NCBI GenBank assembly: GCA_030141605.1
Contig: JAQGDQ010000313.1
Coordinates: 1-64,000, forward strand
Source of the DNA: Tubiluchus corallicola
Taxonomy: Eukaryota > Animalia > Priapulida
Reading direction: 5' to 3'
Length of the DNA stretch: 64,000 bases
The stretch's first letter is position 1. Each line of letters starts with the position of its first letter. This document shows positions 1 through 12,357 of the stretch, one piece after another. The notes under the pieces were generated by a model. The model did no database searches, was not told the DNA's origin, and worked only from the letters and a program-made list of their open reading frames with translations. A program made the position numbers and the translations under genes.

Positions 1-650
1 TATGGACAAAATAACTTTATCAGCTCGGTGCTGAAACTGCATTTTTTCTCTTGGTTTCTTGTTCTGCAAAAAAGCTTTTTTGACACAACAAGCAAAGAAA
101 GTAATTAAAACAATTACAGCAACCAAAGTCAATATAATATATCGAAAAAGGTAGGGTAAAATTGCGAGCTCTGCCTGCTTTAACGATTTGCAAAAGCTAT
201 GAATTTATAATTCTACAGCTTTATATTATTGCAATATACCAGCGCAAATAAGCATTTCTTTTGCAGCTGTAAACAGATTCAAGGACACATACCCGTCAAT
301 GCCACACTGCACGTACAAGCAAGCACATCTATTCACTAACACGAGAAACCTGTTAAAAATTCCTGTTTGCATTCAAGTCATTAGTAAATTTCACAGCAGG
401 GAGGTAATAAACATTTTGCAGGGAAAGAAGGAGAAAATAGAAAAATTATTAGATGAAAGAACTAGTTCAGAATTGCTATGCAATGGCAGTACTGGCTGCT
501 AATTAGGCAATTGATCAATTAATTAATCCCAGACTACGAGAGCTTAGGCTTGGTCGATCCCAGATCGAACTTGAACCACGAATTACGCGCTGTGAAGTAG
601 ATCTTCATCTCTCTAGCTTTCTAGATAGGCTCCACAATAAACCTTTTCAG

Positions 651-1742
651 TGTGAGGATGTTTCGTGCCCGGTTCGTAAAACAGATAGAGCATTTACAGA
701 ATTGCTATAGTCTTTAAGAGAACTCTCGATTATAGTTAACGCTAACACGTTCATTAACAGTTGTAAATATAACTTATTATTCTAACAGAATTCAGAATTT
801 CAAAACATCAGTAAAAAGTCAAAATACAGCTCGGTTCGAAATATAATATAACAATGGATTAATGAAGATACGCCGTACAACTGGCTAGATTACAAATCAA
901 TTTCTTAAGAACTACTACTTTAAGCTGCATTTAACGAAGTACACAACTACAAATAATCAGTACAATCTTCCGTGCATTACCAAGGAAATACTATAAGTAA
1001 AAATTACTTAACTCTGGAACTGGCCAATCTATAAGGTCCAGTAATTGGCCAAGTCAGGTTCCTAATATGAGCTGTTATCTGTGCCTCAGTGGTTGGCTTG
1101 ATCCAACTACGCAGGCGTCATCTACGCTGATAGCAATAGAAAGTTTAGCTCTTACCTTTAGAACGTACGACAGTGAGTCCACGCCTCGTCATCTGCTTGA
1201 CATCGACCAAAAAGGCCTGTCTGTCTGTCGCCCACCCCCCTTATGAAAACTCTAGGTCCTGTGACATGATACAGCTGATGGCTGGCTATCTTAGCATCTC
1301 GACTTCTGAGCGCTTCGTTTGCTTAGCGATCTGAGCACCTCAACTTCTTCGAGTGCTTCGCTACCTTCAACTGTCACTAGGACAGCGTCCTGGGGTGTCA
1401 CTGTCCTAAAACCAGTGGCTCGACTATTGGCCCTCATAAACCGTTCCTAGGTCAGCTGGCTACTCATAAGAAAAACAGCTCAGTTCAACGCTTGCTGGTC
1501 ACTCAACTGACCAGGTACCAAACTATCAACTGCTCGCGGACGTCGCTAGAAAGTTTTGAATTAGCTTCAGAATCACACCTGTCTCGGAAGTACAAGTCAA
1601 TATTCTTCTAAGCCAAACTTCTCCTAAGCAGATACAGAGTTCATATTATAGCTCATATTTTCATTGATTATTAATTCACATATTTACAATATAGATATAA
1701 TACATATTTGTAAAAACTGGAGTTGTCAGAGACGTCCTCACA
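651..1742. mobile_element. Putative solo LTR (or TIR-bounded element), about 1.09 kb
   Basis: Begins TGTGAGGATGTTTC (651) and ends GAGACGTCCTCACA (1742): TG...CA termini forming a 12/14 inverted repeat. It contains short internal direct repeats (about 1293-1360). No 4-6 bp TSD is visible. Confidence 0.5.
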
Positions 1743-1899
1743 AGCCTATTAAATGTGTAGGAGAAGCTGAGTGAGTTCTCTTCCAAATAAAATGAATCAT
1801 CTCTTTTTTATTTCGATTATTAATCGTTTTAATTATTATTATTCTTTTAGAGAATAATTATTGATTCCAAAATAAAATCATAACAGAATTAACTGGCTA

Positions 1900-4137
1900 G
1901 AGCATTGGAGAAAGTAATGTATTTAGACTAACTGCTTAGAAAACTAGATTAGAGCGAAAGCAAGCACGCCTGTCACAAAGAATCAATGAGGCTACTAAAA
2001 CCACACAGTTTCGAATACAAGTTAATCGAGAATGTTTTAAATTATATGAATTTATTGACAAGAATGCATTTAACAAATTGGTTGCGTTTGCAACTGTAAA
2101 CGTCAGCAGATTGTCAGTTATGGCTCCTCAGCAGCTGGATATCAACGTTTTCAGTTATGAACTAAGAGATTTGAAAAATCAGGTGTTGACGATCAGCAAA
2201 TTATTGGAGAAAAGTGGCTTGGATTTCCGTACACATAATAGTATGCGTACTCTGTCTACGATGATATAGACGTAGTACAATGAAAAGTAGTGAGGGGAGG
2301 CTTCAACCTGCTAGTGTGAATGGTGTTTTTCTACAGTTAGTGTGAACGGTGCTTTATCTGCAAGTAATTTTCTAAGTTTAGGTAAAGATGGTAAGTCAGC
2401 ACCTACTGTTACTAAAGCGATGCAAGGTCAAGGTCAAAGTTATGCCAATGTAACTAACGGTGAAAAATGGACATTAGTAGAAAATGTGAAAAAATGGAAA
2501 ATTTCAAAGATCACTGGATCAAAGAAAACTATTGGTGGACTAAAAGTTGTAGAAAAGCAGCTGAAAAAAAGATCTGTTAATTTCTTCGTAAGTAGGCTTC
2601 AGCCTGACACAAGTAAAGAAGATCTGGAAAGCTGTTTAGCTGAAACTGGTATTCACTTGGATGAATGTTATATTATGAAATCTAGAATTGGCAGTGTTTC
2701 TGCGCGTATAAGTTGTGATCCGCAGCATGCACCGGTGATCTTAGATTTATCTAAATTAGACACGCCGAGTAGTGAAACTGACCACATGGTACACAAAATG
2801 TCTGCTATGGATGAAAGTATTCAAAATGGGAAATTAGTAGGTGCAGCCGTATGGTGGGGTATAGCTAGGTATATAAGTCATGTCAACACTGGCTATAAAT
2901 GTTGTCTTCATGTAAAAGTAAATGTTCGTGATGATAGGAAAATTGTGATTATTACTGTTTATATGCCTTGTGATGATGACAATAATGTTCACATTCAGCA
3001 ATTTGAAAAAGTACTGTCGGTAATTCAAGGGTTAATTGATGCAAACTAAATCTCTGACATTTTATTGGCGCCATAGAAGTTCTTGAAATCAGAAATTACT
3101 CAGAATTTGTCACTTCCAATGAACAAAAATGGGATCAAAATATTATTCCTGCTGCATATACATTTTCTAACGAAACACTGAATCATTACACCTACATTTA
3201 TCATGTGATATGTTCTAAATGTTTAACCGATAAAATGCGAAATATGAATATATTAAGTGAAGGTGATAACACATCAGATTATCTGCCGATAACACTCGCA
3301 TTTGATTGCGATATACATAAAGACTTAATTAATGAGTGTGAAGCTAGAAAATATATGTGCTAGATGAAATAGATTTACCCAGTTATATCAATTAGAAATT
3401 GAAAGTGCTTTACGGAATATGTTGATTGCATATGACCTTTTTCGCAACTGCCCAGATGAGTGCAACAACACAAGTCACATGTGTGAGATTAACAGATTTT
3501 TTTGGAGGAATTGTAAATGTACTTTAAAAAGTTGGAAACAGGTGTACCTATGTACAAGCGGGTATTCGTAAACACTGATGGTCTCAGCATTTGTCCGAAC
3601 TAAAACAAAAATCTGTTAATACTCATTCATTATGGAAAAGATTTTCAACGCAGTGATCCAGACTCAGTGATACTGATGTCTGACTTCCTGGAGAAATGAG
3701 ACAGATATTATACTACTGAAAGATTTTGGCAAAGGGTTGATCTTACCTTCAGTCAAGGATAATAATGGTATTATGCAGATTTTAATAATTATAGGGCTAT
3801 TATGTTGCCACCTGTTATAACGAACTTTTTACGTTCTATTACGTGAATCTATTCTGTTGCTCAAATTTGGGCTTTATCTTGAAAGAGACCAACGGTTTCA
3901 ATAATGAGTCTGGATGTAACAACGCCATATATGCCATATATGTAATTAAAGAAACGCTTACCTTTTTTTAGAAAAAGACATAGTCCTGTTCTTGTAGCGT
4001 TTCTAGATGCATCCAAAGCGTTTGATAAAGTTTTATGTGGTTGGTTATCCTTAAAATTGATTCAAAAACGAGTGCAAAGAGCTTTTGTTAAAATTTTACT
4101 AAACTGGTATAATAAACTTTCTGCCTCGGTTAAGTCT
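1900..4137 (+). mobile_element. Degenerate CR1/L2-group LINE, 5' part (ORF1, APE endonuclease, start of RT)
   Basis: ORF1-like FFVSRLQPDTS (in ORF 2342-3049), endonuclease motif IVIITVYMPCD, and RT motifs DFNNYRAIML (about 3778) and VAFLDASKAFDKV (about 3994-4032). Many stops and frameshifts. Confidence 0.85.
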
Positions 4138-5270
4138 TCGGTAACATCCTGTGACAATAAAACACGTTTGCAAATTATTTTTGCTTTTATAGATAAGTGT
4201 CAGGATTATTATTTCATTTTTACAGAGCGAACATTGTACAGGACATTATAAAAAAACAGTCTCTCAGCAAACAACATTAACAAAATAGTAGTTTATCAAG
4301 GCGAGGTCTTCTCCAGTACTTGGGTAGACCGGTCCTTCCTCATGCACGTTGTAGTAATGCAGCAGAATTCGGTCTCCAGTGGAAGTTGGCTAAGTTAGCG
4401 TCTCTCTCAATCTACTTCGTGGGCAGCAGGTAGCCTTTTCCAGGAAGTCTCCACAGCTTCCCATCAAACTGGTAGGACACAGAATGGGATCTCTTGACAT
4501 CGGATAATGAGAAGATCATTTCCTCCGGGTTCCCACGCAGAACGAGAGCGATTTAGACCATCAAACGTGAAGTCAAAGGTGACAGTATCTTCATCCAACG
4601 TAAAGGTAATTAGGCTGTGCAATGAATGCCTAATTTAGCAAATGTCTCTCAGCAATTGCGCAACTGACAAGGTTTCACCAACAAAAGAAGGACATCGTTC
4701 ACCACAAATAAGAAGAACATAATAATGAACAAACCATCCATTTTTCGTTCAATCATCGTATGAAAGAAACCATGATATAGTTATATCTGACCATTTTTCC
4801 AACACGCTTATTCTACACTCTGCCACGTAGGCCAATCCGTCTAATATTCAGGCCTCGAAAGCTAGCCGACCAATCAGAAACGAGTTCTGGGTGAAGTGTC
4901 CTCAATAGTACAGCGATGAAGCTTTCACATTTGTTCAAACTTGGACGTAATATTGTCATGGAGAAATTTTTTGCTAAACACATTTTTTTTTGAAAAATAT
5001 ATTTGTGATGTTGAAACGAAACGAATTTCGTCTTCTTTTGCCTAATTTCATATTTAAGTTAGCTTAACAGAAACTGGCTTCAATTAATGGATAACTTCGT
5101 CAAAAATAATGCTACTCTTGACAAAAGATGGCAGCACAAGATTGGAATATTAAATCAATACATCAATATTATCAATCGTTAGGTAAACAATTCGTGATAC
5201 CGTTTAGGTTAATGCTTAAAGTGAAAAATAATTAGTAGCAGTAATCTGCTAGATGGGGGACCATCACATC
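4138..5270. mobile_element. Unclassified insertion of about 1.1 kb interrupting the LINE RT; contains a decayed minus-strand ORF
   Basis: RT homology stops after LLNWYNKLSASVK (about 4133) and resumes at about 5275. GTCT flanks both sides (4134-4137, 5271-5274), a possible TSD. Confidence 0.55.
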
Positions 5271-5700
5271 GTCTAATAATGCAGTGATGAATTTCCTATT
5301 CTGGAGTCTAGAGTTAGGTAGGGAGGAATTTTATCTCTGTCTACTGTATGCCATATATACCGATGACCTTATTCGTCCGTTACGGATGCTAGTTTGGCAC
5401 ATTACTGAAACTTTTGTTGGTACCGTTGATAACTTTTAATCCTAGGAAAACATGCATCCTCTACTGTGGTTACACTGCAGAAGGAGTCTGTCGAGAACTA
5501 CCTCATATCCAGTATGGCATTCTCGAGCTAAAGTGTTTTTTACCCTGTTTGCCCGGATCTGCCTTTGTAAACTGGTTCTTGAATGTAAACGTAGTGTTAA
5601 ATTTGCATCGTATTCGATTACCCATGTTATTGTCTTTCAAATCTATAGTACAGCTGGCATCGTGCCCAATTGGCCATGTAATTAGCTGAATTATACTTTT
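5271..5700 (+). mobile_element. Continuation of the same LINE RT (degenerate)
   Basis: VR*GGILS..LLYAIYTDDL at about 5312-5370 matches the GVRQGGILSPxLYxxYxDDL RT motif. ITFNPRKTCIL follows. Confidence 0.75.
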
Positions 5701-5707
5701 TTCATAA

Positions 5708-5782
5708 ATCTATCTATCTATCGATCTATATATATCTATCTCTATATATCTATATATCTATATATGTATATATCTATATCTA

Positions 5783-5842
<60 letters not shown>
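5708..5842. repeat. Compound (TCTA)/(TC)/(TA)n microsatellite
   Basis: Directly visible. Confidence 0.97.
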
Positions 5843-5843
<1 letters not shown>

Positions 5844-6789
5844 GTTATGACAATCTCTATTGCTTATTATCGAGGATGACCCTGGGCACAGTATAATAGG
5901 TATGTCTAAAGTTTTTTTGTATTATACTTAATATATACATTTAGTGTAATCACGTGGTAATTTAGTCATATTGTTATTTCTTTTCTCTTTACTAAACGCA
6001 GGTCTCTTATAATAGAAAAGTAAATCTTTATTACTAAACATGTACTAATTACTCTTGTTTCATTGTTATTGTAAATATCATCATTGTAAAAGTGTGATAT
6101 AGATCAGTAATTATTCGAATATTTTAATTACTTGTTCTTGTTTTCGATATGAAAGTAAAAGTACATACATTTAGAAAATTGCTACATATTGAACTCAATC
6201 CCGTATTCAGTCGCCCAAGTTTTGCACTCCCGCCTATTTTTACAAAATCCAAACTTTTTACATAAAGTTAAAAGGTTAAAAAATATTCAAACAAATCGTT
6301 AAAATTACACAAAATATTTTTGAAGAATACAAATCAACCATTCATCGTAATAAAATTAAGCGTTTTCGACAGAGTCACTGATATTTATTTCTGTAAAAGG
6401 TTATTGAAGTAGAAAAAAAATGATTACTTGTTTCGGCTGTGATATTGAAGCTAGTAAGAGTTTTGTATTGACATCAATAGATTTAAGCGAAAATTCTTTG
6501 GCGCTGTTAACAACATTCTATTGACTATAGGTGGGCATTGTAATGAAATACTAGCAAAAACCTTACTGTGCTCCTATTGTTAACCTATCTTGCTTGTGAA
6601 ATTGGTGCTATTAGCAGTTCAGACCTAAATATCATGAGTCAACTAGAAAACTGTTTTTAGAAAAAAATTAAGTACATATAAAATAAAAACGTCAAGCTAT
6701 GCATGCATTACTGTGGGACTGTGCCGTCAAATTTCATAATCGACAATCGAAGGCTTAAAAAAATACAAAATACACGAAACTTCTCGACA

Positions 6790-7075
6790 GATGAACCGAG
6801 ATGAGACAACCGACCTATACCTTTTAAACTTGACTTTTTTGCATTAAAGGTGACAAACAATTCTCGGTGATACTTGTGTGTAGAAAACCAAGTGAAAAAT
6901 AAAAAATCATCGATACTTATATTGTTACAAAAAAGTACTGAGAACTTCATAAGCAGACAAGGAATAACATAACAAAGAATAAGGATTTTTATAAATGGCG
7001 TTGGTTAACTAGGGCAAATTATAAATTGTATTTTTACCACGATGTAATACTACTACTGCTACCACTAATCTGTCA
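6790..7075 (+). repeat. Dispersed repeat, copy 1 (copy 2 at about 13290-14041)
   Basis: Colinear shared blocks: aaacttgacttt, taaaggtgac, ggtgatacttg, aaaaatcatcga, agcagacaa, gggcaaatta, cacgatgt, tactact.ctgctac, taatctgtca. Confidence 0.85.
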
Positions 7076-7076
7076 T

Positions 7077-7774
7077 AAGTCGTCCAGAACAACATATTAA
7101 AAATCCCTATAAATCCACCCTGCGGAACAAATTATGGGGCTTTAAATTCAAAATGGCCGAAAAAGCAGCTTTAAAATCAACATAGCTCAGCTAGGTGGCT
7201 TTTAAGACTAAATGTATGGCGCATAAATGTGTTACCAGCTGATATAAACATGCATATGGCCTATTAGAAAAATGGTGTCTCGAGGCTCTTCAAGGTCAAG
7301 TTGATCCAAAATAGCTGTCAGTGCATCATTAAAGTCAAAATAGCTCTTCTACGTGCCATTCAGGATGGCATTAATGTATTAGCAGCTGATAAAAAACTGC
7401 ATATGGCTATCGGAAAAATAGTCTCTCAAGATCATTCACGGTCAAGTTCATCCAAAATGATCTTGAGGCTATGAGCGTGTTTTTATTAGCTGTTAATACA
7501 TTTATGCCATCTTAAATGCTACCTAGTTGAGTTATTTTGTCTTTAATGATGCACTGGCGGCCATTTTGAATGACCTTGGCGTTGAATGACCTTGAAACAT
7601 CATTTTGCTAATAAGCCATATGCATGTTTATATCAGCTGGTTATACATTTTGCTGTCTTAAGAATCCCTTAGATGAGTTATTTTGATTTTGCATTGGTAG
7701 CCATTTAGAATTTAAAGCCCCATAACTTTTTCCCCCAAAGTGGGAGATTTTTAATATTTTGTTCTGGACGACTT
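7077..7774. mobile_element. Foldback/MITE: imperfect palindrome of about 700 bp
   Basis: aagtcgtccagaacaacatattaaaaat (7077) pairs with atttttaatattttgttctggacgactt (to 7774). ccagctgatataaacatgcatatggc (about 7235) pairs with gccatatgcatgtttatatcagctgg (about 7615-7640). The centre lies near 7425-7467. Confidence 0.9.
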
Positions 7775-7859
7775 TCTGAGTGTCTGCCACGCCAGCCACA
7801 TTATTCATATCAGCCAAAAATTCAGCCATACCATATTTTTCCCTATGCATTAAACTGGA

Positions 7860-8415
7860 CTATTCGTCTGCTTATTGTTGGGGCGAAATTGATACGTTTA
7901 GATACAATGCGAACAATTCAGACGCTAGTGTCAATGTCAGTCTTACGGATCAAAGGCCATTAATCAAATCAGTCTATTTTCGGCACTGCTCAACAGCTAA
8001 GTTTATAGACTGTAAGAAGCTTCCAACAGGTTCCAACGCAGGCATTAAAAGAAAACGAACAAATACGACGCAAACAGCAATGTAAGAATTAAAAAAACTT
8101 GATGATGTAATTCTAGAATTAGTTATTCTCTAAGTTAGAATAAACGATATTGCAACAGATGACGTAAGCAAGTGTATTTTCGAGATGAATAGATTACTAA
8201 GTACCTCTACAGTGAAATCCGACAACGTCGTCGTGTCACTGGTACCACCAACGTGGCCTCACAAGGTATGCGACGAAAATAAACCTCTTTCATGTCTCCG
8301 TTCAAGAAGGTTTGCCGACGAACGTGATGGTTTAATTTTCTGTGACAATTGCAACTTAGGAAAGAAAGGAATTCCGATTACAAAGATGTAGGAAGCCGAC
8401 AAAAGTTCATCTCAT
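7860..8415 (+). mobile_element. Decayed SGNH-hydrolase (esterase)-type ORF1 remnant of a CR1/L2-like LINE
   Basis: Conceptual translation through stops: STAKFIDCKKL ... LVIL*VRINDI (GxND block) ... VVVSLVPP ... FCDNCNLG ... EADK/VHL (DxxH block). Confidence 0.6.
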
Positions 8416-9372
8416 TGCATTGTATTTGTAGTGTATTATAATGATCTGTAAAATTGCAGTATGCGTTCACAGGCTATTAAATTATTATGTTAATGACATA
8501 TAGAATGACAGTTTAACTATTTTTGCTTATAGTATATTTGTGTAGCATTTCACTCTGTTTGCTTCTTAGAGTTCGTAAAAGAAGGTAAGATAAGATATTA
8601 TTAGATAAGATAACACTTATTTTATATCGGCTAAACACGTATAACTACAAACTGCAGGAGCATATGTCACCAACGACGGCAACATCGACTTGATAAAGGC
8701 AAAGTTGAGGTGTTGGAATTAAAGCATTAAAAATATACTCTAACTTACCCTCTTATTTACTACAATAAATGTTGTGAAGGCATTCAGTCAATTAAATAAT
8801 TGTCGGCAGGATTTTAGTGTTTGTATCTACCAGGTCTCACTTTTTTTATTTGAATAATTATTAATTCATTTTAAGTACAAAAAGTAGCTTAAGTAAAAAG
8901 AACAAAATTAATGTAATTTTTTTCTTATTAAGTAGTGTGTTGTAGTAGGTTGGCAGAAGCTACAGGTCTAGGTAAATTAAAATATAGGCATCAATTAGTC
9001 TCCACACACGTGTTGATTGTATTTAAAATTTCGCTTTGCATTAACATTTTGGTACACTCAGTAGAATTTATAATATTCGTCAAAGTGTCAGACATAAGGG
9101 AATGACAAATAAACATTCGGTTTGAAGCAACATACAACAATCACTGTAATAATGAAGAACGATCAAAATGGAACTCTGAAACAGGAACATATTAACATGT
9201 ATAAATCTCTTGTTTTTATATACAGTACCAGTCTTGTTTTCACTTAAGACATAGAAGTAATTGATTTGCTCATTCTAACAGTCAAAGTGTAGACACAATT
9301 GATTTAACGTTTAAAACAACTTTACACGTGGATTCTACAGCCACCAGTCTGAATTGCAAAATTACATAATGT

Positions 9373-10549
9373 TTATTGTCGTCCAAAGCGAAACAATTTC
9401 TTGAAAGCCTGGCGAAACTCATTATTTGACAAATTGTACAGAAACGGGTTAAGTGCGGAATTCAAGTAAGACGACCAGAAAAAGAAAGTATACAGACGAG
9501 GTGGCACGAGATCTGGCTTCCAGGCGCTGATGTCAAACACTATATAGAAGGGCGCCCAACAAATCAAAAATGAGGTGGCAATGTAAGCCAACGTGGACAA
9601 AGACCTCCTTACTTTCTTGATGTTGTGTTTATTCGAGCTGCCCAGAACGAAACGGACCTGTGTGGAGTGAGATATCGTAGTGCTCTCGCTCCTAGAATGA
9701 CCTGGTGGAAATAGGCTTTCATTCGTCAAAAAGTTGACCTCTCTTGCTCTATTATTGTTCTTTCGAAGATTCTTGCTTGAAGAGACTTTGGCAACAGTTA
9801 CGTCAGTTTCTGTCTTCTTTTGCACTTGGCCACCACTCCTGTCCGACTTTGATTTTGTACCATCGCAGGGTTTTTCTGCTTGTTCTGATTGTATTTTTTC
9901 TGAGGAAACTTCTTCTCTGGTAGTTTTTTCGTCGCTTTTATGAGCTTTCGACTCCTTTAACCCCTTATTTTCTTTCTTTTCGATGTCTTCTTTTCTTCCT
10001 TTAGCGGCTTCGTTGTCATGCTCTTCCATTTCTATTGTTTTGTCGTTCAAAGATATGACCCTGTTAAGGTCTTTTTTATCTTCGATAGTTGACGAGTTTG
10101 AACTAGGAGGTGACTCACTTCTGATAGTTTCTAGTTTTTCCGAACTTTCAACTTGTTTTCTTGACATAGAGGTTGATGCTGTTGTTTGAAGTTTGATTCT
10201 ATTTCCAAATCGATCATAGTTTGCTATGGAGCTCTTACCGGGCATATGGACATGACCTGACTGCTGGATCTTTGCTCGTGATCTCATAAACATGAGTATC
10301 CTCACATAAGCGCCAACTATAATGATAAGTGGGATATAATGACCGACAATTCCCACAAACAAAATAAATTCTTGGTTTTTACTCGGTTCCCAAATGCAAA
10401 CATTTGGTTGCGACCACTTCCTTCTGTCGGCAATAAATGGCGGAACCCAGATTACCAAAGACAGAACCCAGATAAGGATTATGGATATGATACATTTTGT
10501 AACACTGTGATACTTGCGATAGTGCATCGTCCAGAGAACACACCACAAT
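9373..10549 (-). CDS. Aminergic-type class A GPCR, coding exon 2 (end of TM3 to TM7 and C-terminus)
   Basis: Acceptor tttcag|A at 10550/10549 completes D-R-L. Motifs: TM4 W(VLSLVIW)VPP, ECL2 Cys, TM5 GHYIP, a long ICL3, TM6 FLICWAPFY and TM7 WSSYLNSALNPFLY. Stop at 9373-9375. Confidence 0.95.
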
Positions 10550-11935
10550 CTGAAATAAGAACATGAATAGGCATATTTTTTGTGTTGTGCAATTGAATAA
10601 CTAACACAGCAATTACTGACAGCAAAATGTATTGTTTTAGCGTCTGAAATAGATGAGTTAATTAGGAAATCAAAAGTGTAGGTTTACAATAATTGTGTTG
10701 ATTAAATGCTAAAATGCTATAATTGTGGTTAGTAACAGCAGTTATTGGACTACTACCCTGTAAGACAACAGAGTTTCTTTTTTGTTATACTGCTTGATTG
10801 TTTGGCATGTATTGTCCTGTATATCACTGCACTGTGAAACAATGGGCACGTGCTTTTGTTTATGCACGAAAATAAAACGGAAATGAAACGGTAGCTGGCT
10901 GCATTGTTGCATTATCACATTTCGTAGTTGTTTCTATGAATAGGTGAGCAACCCGCAGGTGTGTTTATTACAACAAGTTCACATAATATACAACAGTGTA
11001 ATAGTACGATGCGATATTATGTTTCTTACATCAACTAGCAAAACATCCAACGTAGATTTGTTGTTGTTTTCTATTGCCGAAGTAATGAACAAATTGCAAA
11101 AACATGTAGCTAAACTGTTAAAGCCAATGTGTTTGTCCTTTTTAGAGAGTAAGCTGTCCATTTTTTAAACAAGTGGGATTTTTAAATATTTGTGATATTA
11201 ATAACATTCAGACAGGCATATTTGTATATAAGTTCTACGACAATTTATTTGTTTACGTATTTCCGTTATTATTCTCAAATTATTTTGTGTAAAATCTTCA
11301 TATGCATATAAACGCGTGTAAAATATAAATATCTAAATCTATAATACTATCCTAATATTCTAAATTATCTCGAAATATCAAAATTGGAATTAAATAATAC
11401 TGCTTACATATGATACAATTTCATTTTATATTTAAACATTGTGTCAGTGTGCCGAACACAAAATCATATGGACCGTTCATAGTTAGAGTAGTCGATTAAA
11501 ATATTATTCTGTTTAATATTATTATTATTATTATTTAATAATTCGCTCATTATAATAATGTTGTTATATAGTAATTCGACCTTTCTTGAACCAAAATTAC
11601 ATCATTTACTTTTAACATTTAGCTTGTGAATTATTTCATCTTTACCTTTTACGTTTTACCTTTAAATCATTATAGATTGTACAGATGACCAAGTCAACTA
11701 GAACTAGTCATTGAGTCTGTGATGCATTTGTTATTGGCAATAGCTCGCTTCATAGTAATTCATTCTTTAAAATATAACAAAAGTCTGTCTGTCTTAAAAT
11801 TGACTACAGCCAATAATAATTCATTTTCGAGGTTGAAATGCTGTCTTGTAACATATTTGTACAATTACTTCCTAACAGTAATTAGTCGTGATTATTTTGC
11901 AGGTGGTTGAATATTATATAAAAAAATATATATAC

Positions 11936-12357
11936 CTATCCACGGAGATAGCCACCATTGTGAACACCGAAGCAAACGTCATGACGAAATCAAAGAAAAT
12001 CCAGGTACTACACAAAGCTTCGCTGAAAGGCCATCTAAGAAGTATCGTGTCTATTGTGTACAACGTCATGGCGGTCAGCGCCACCATCAAGTCAGTTACC
12101 GCCAAGTTAGCGATGTAGAAATTGAAGGTGGTCCTGAGTTTCCTGTTGATACAGATCACCAAGAGTACTGCCAAGTTTCCGAAAATTGTTATTAAAACCA
12201 GGGCGCTCAAAATGATGCTCAAAGATATTGTCCGCAGCGTCCATTCAAAAGGCGGGAGTTCCTCTGTGTCAGTGAGATTTTCTGTGTGTCTAACTGAGAT
12301 GCACTCGTTGTATGCTATTACAACTGCAGTTGCATTTGAGCAGTTTTTATAAAACAT
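11936..12357 (-). CDS. Aminergic-type class A GPCR, coding exon 1 (N-terminus, TM1-TM3)
   Basis: ATG at 12357. Motifs: N-glycosylation sequons (NCS, NAT, NLT), TM1 FGNLAV, TM2 NLAVTD, ECL1 WPF and TM3 C..W...D...ASV..M..ISVDR. Donor AG|gtatat at 11936/11935 is phase 2, matching exon 2. Spliced CDS is 1599 nt = 532 aa. Confidence 0.95.

Noticed and set aside
9734-10566. Plus-strand ORFs over the GPCR exon (and similar ones over Gogo exon 7 and the TE ORFs)
   Set aside because: Antisense shadows of real coding sequence.
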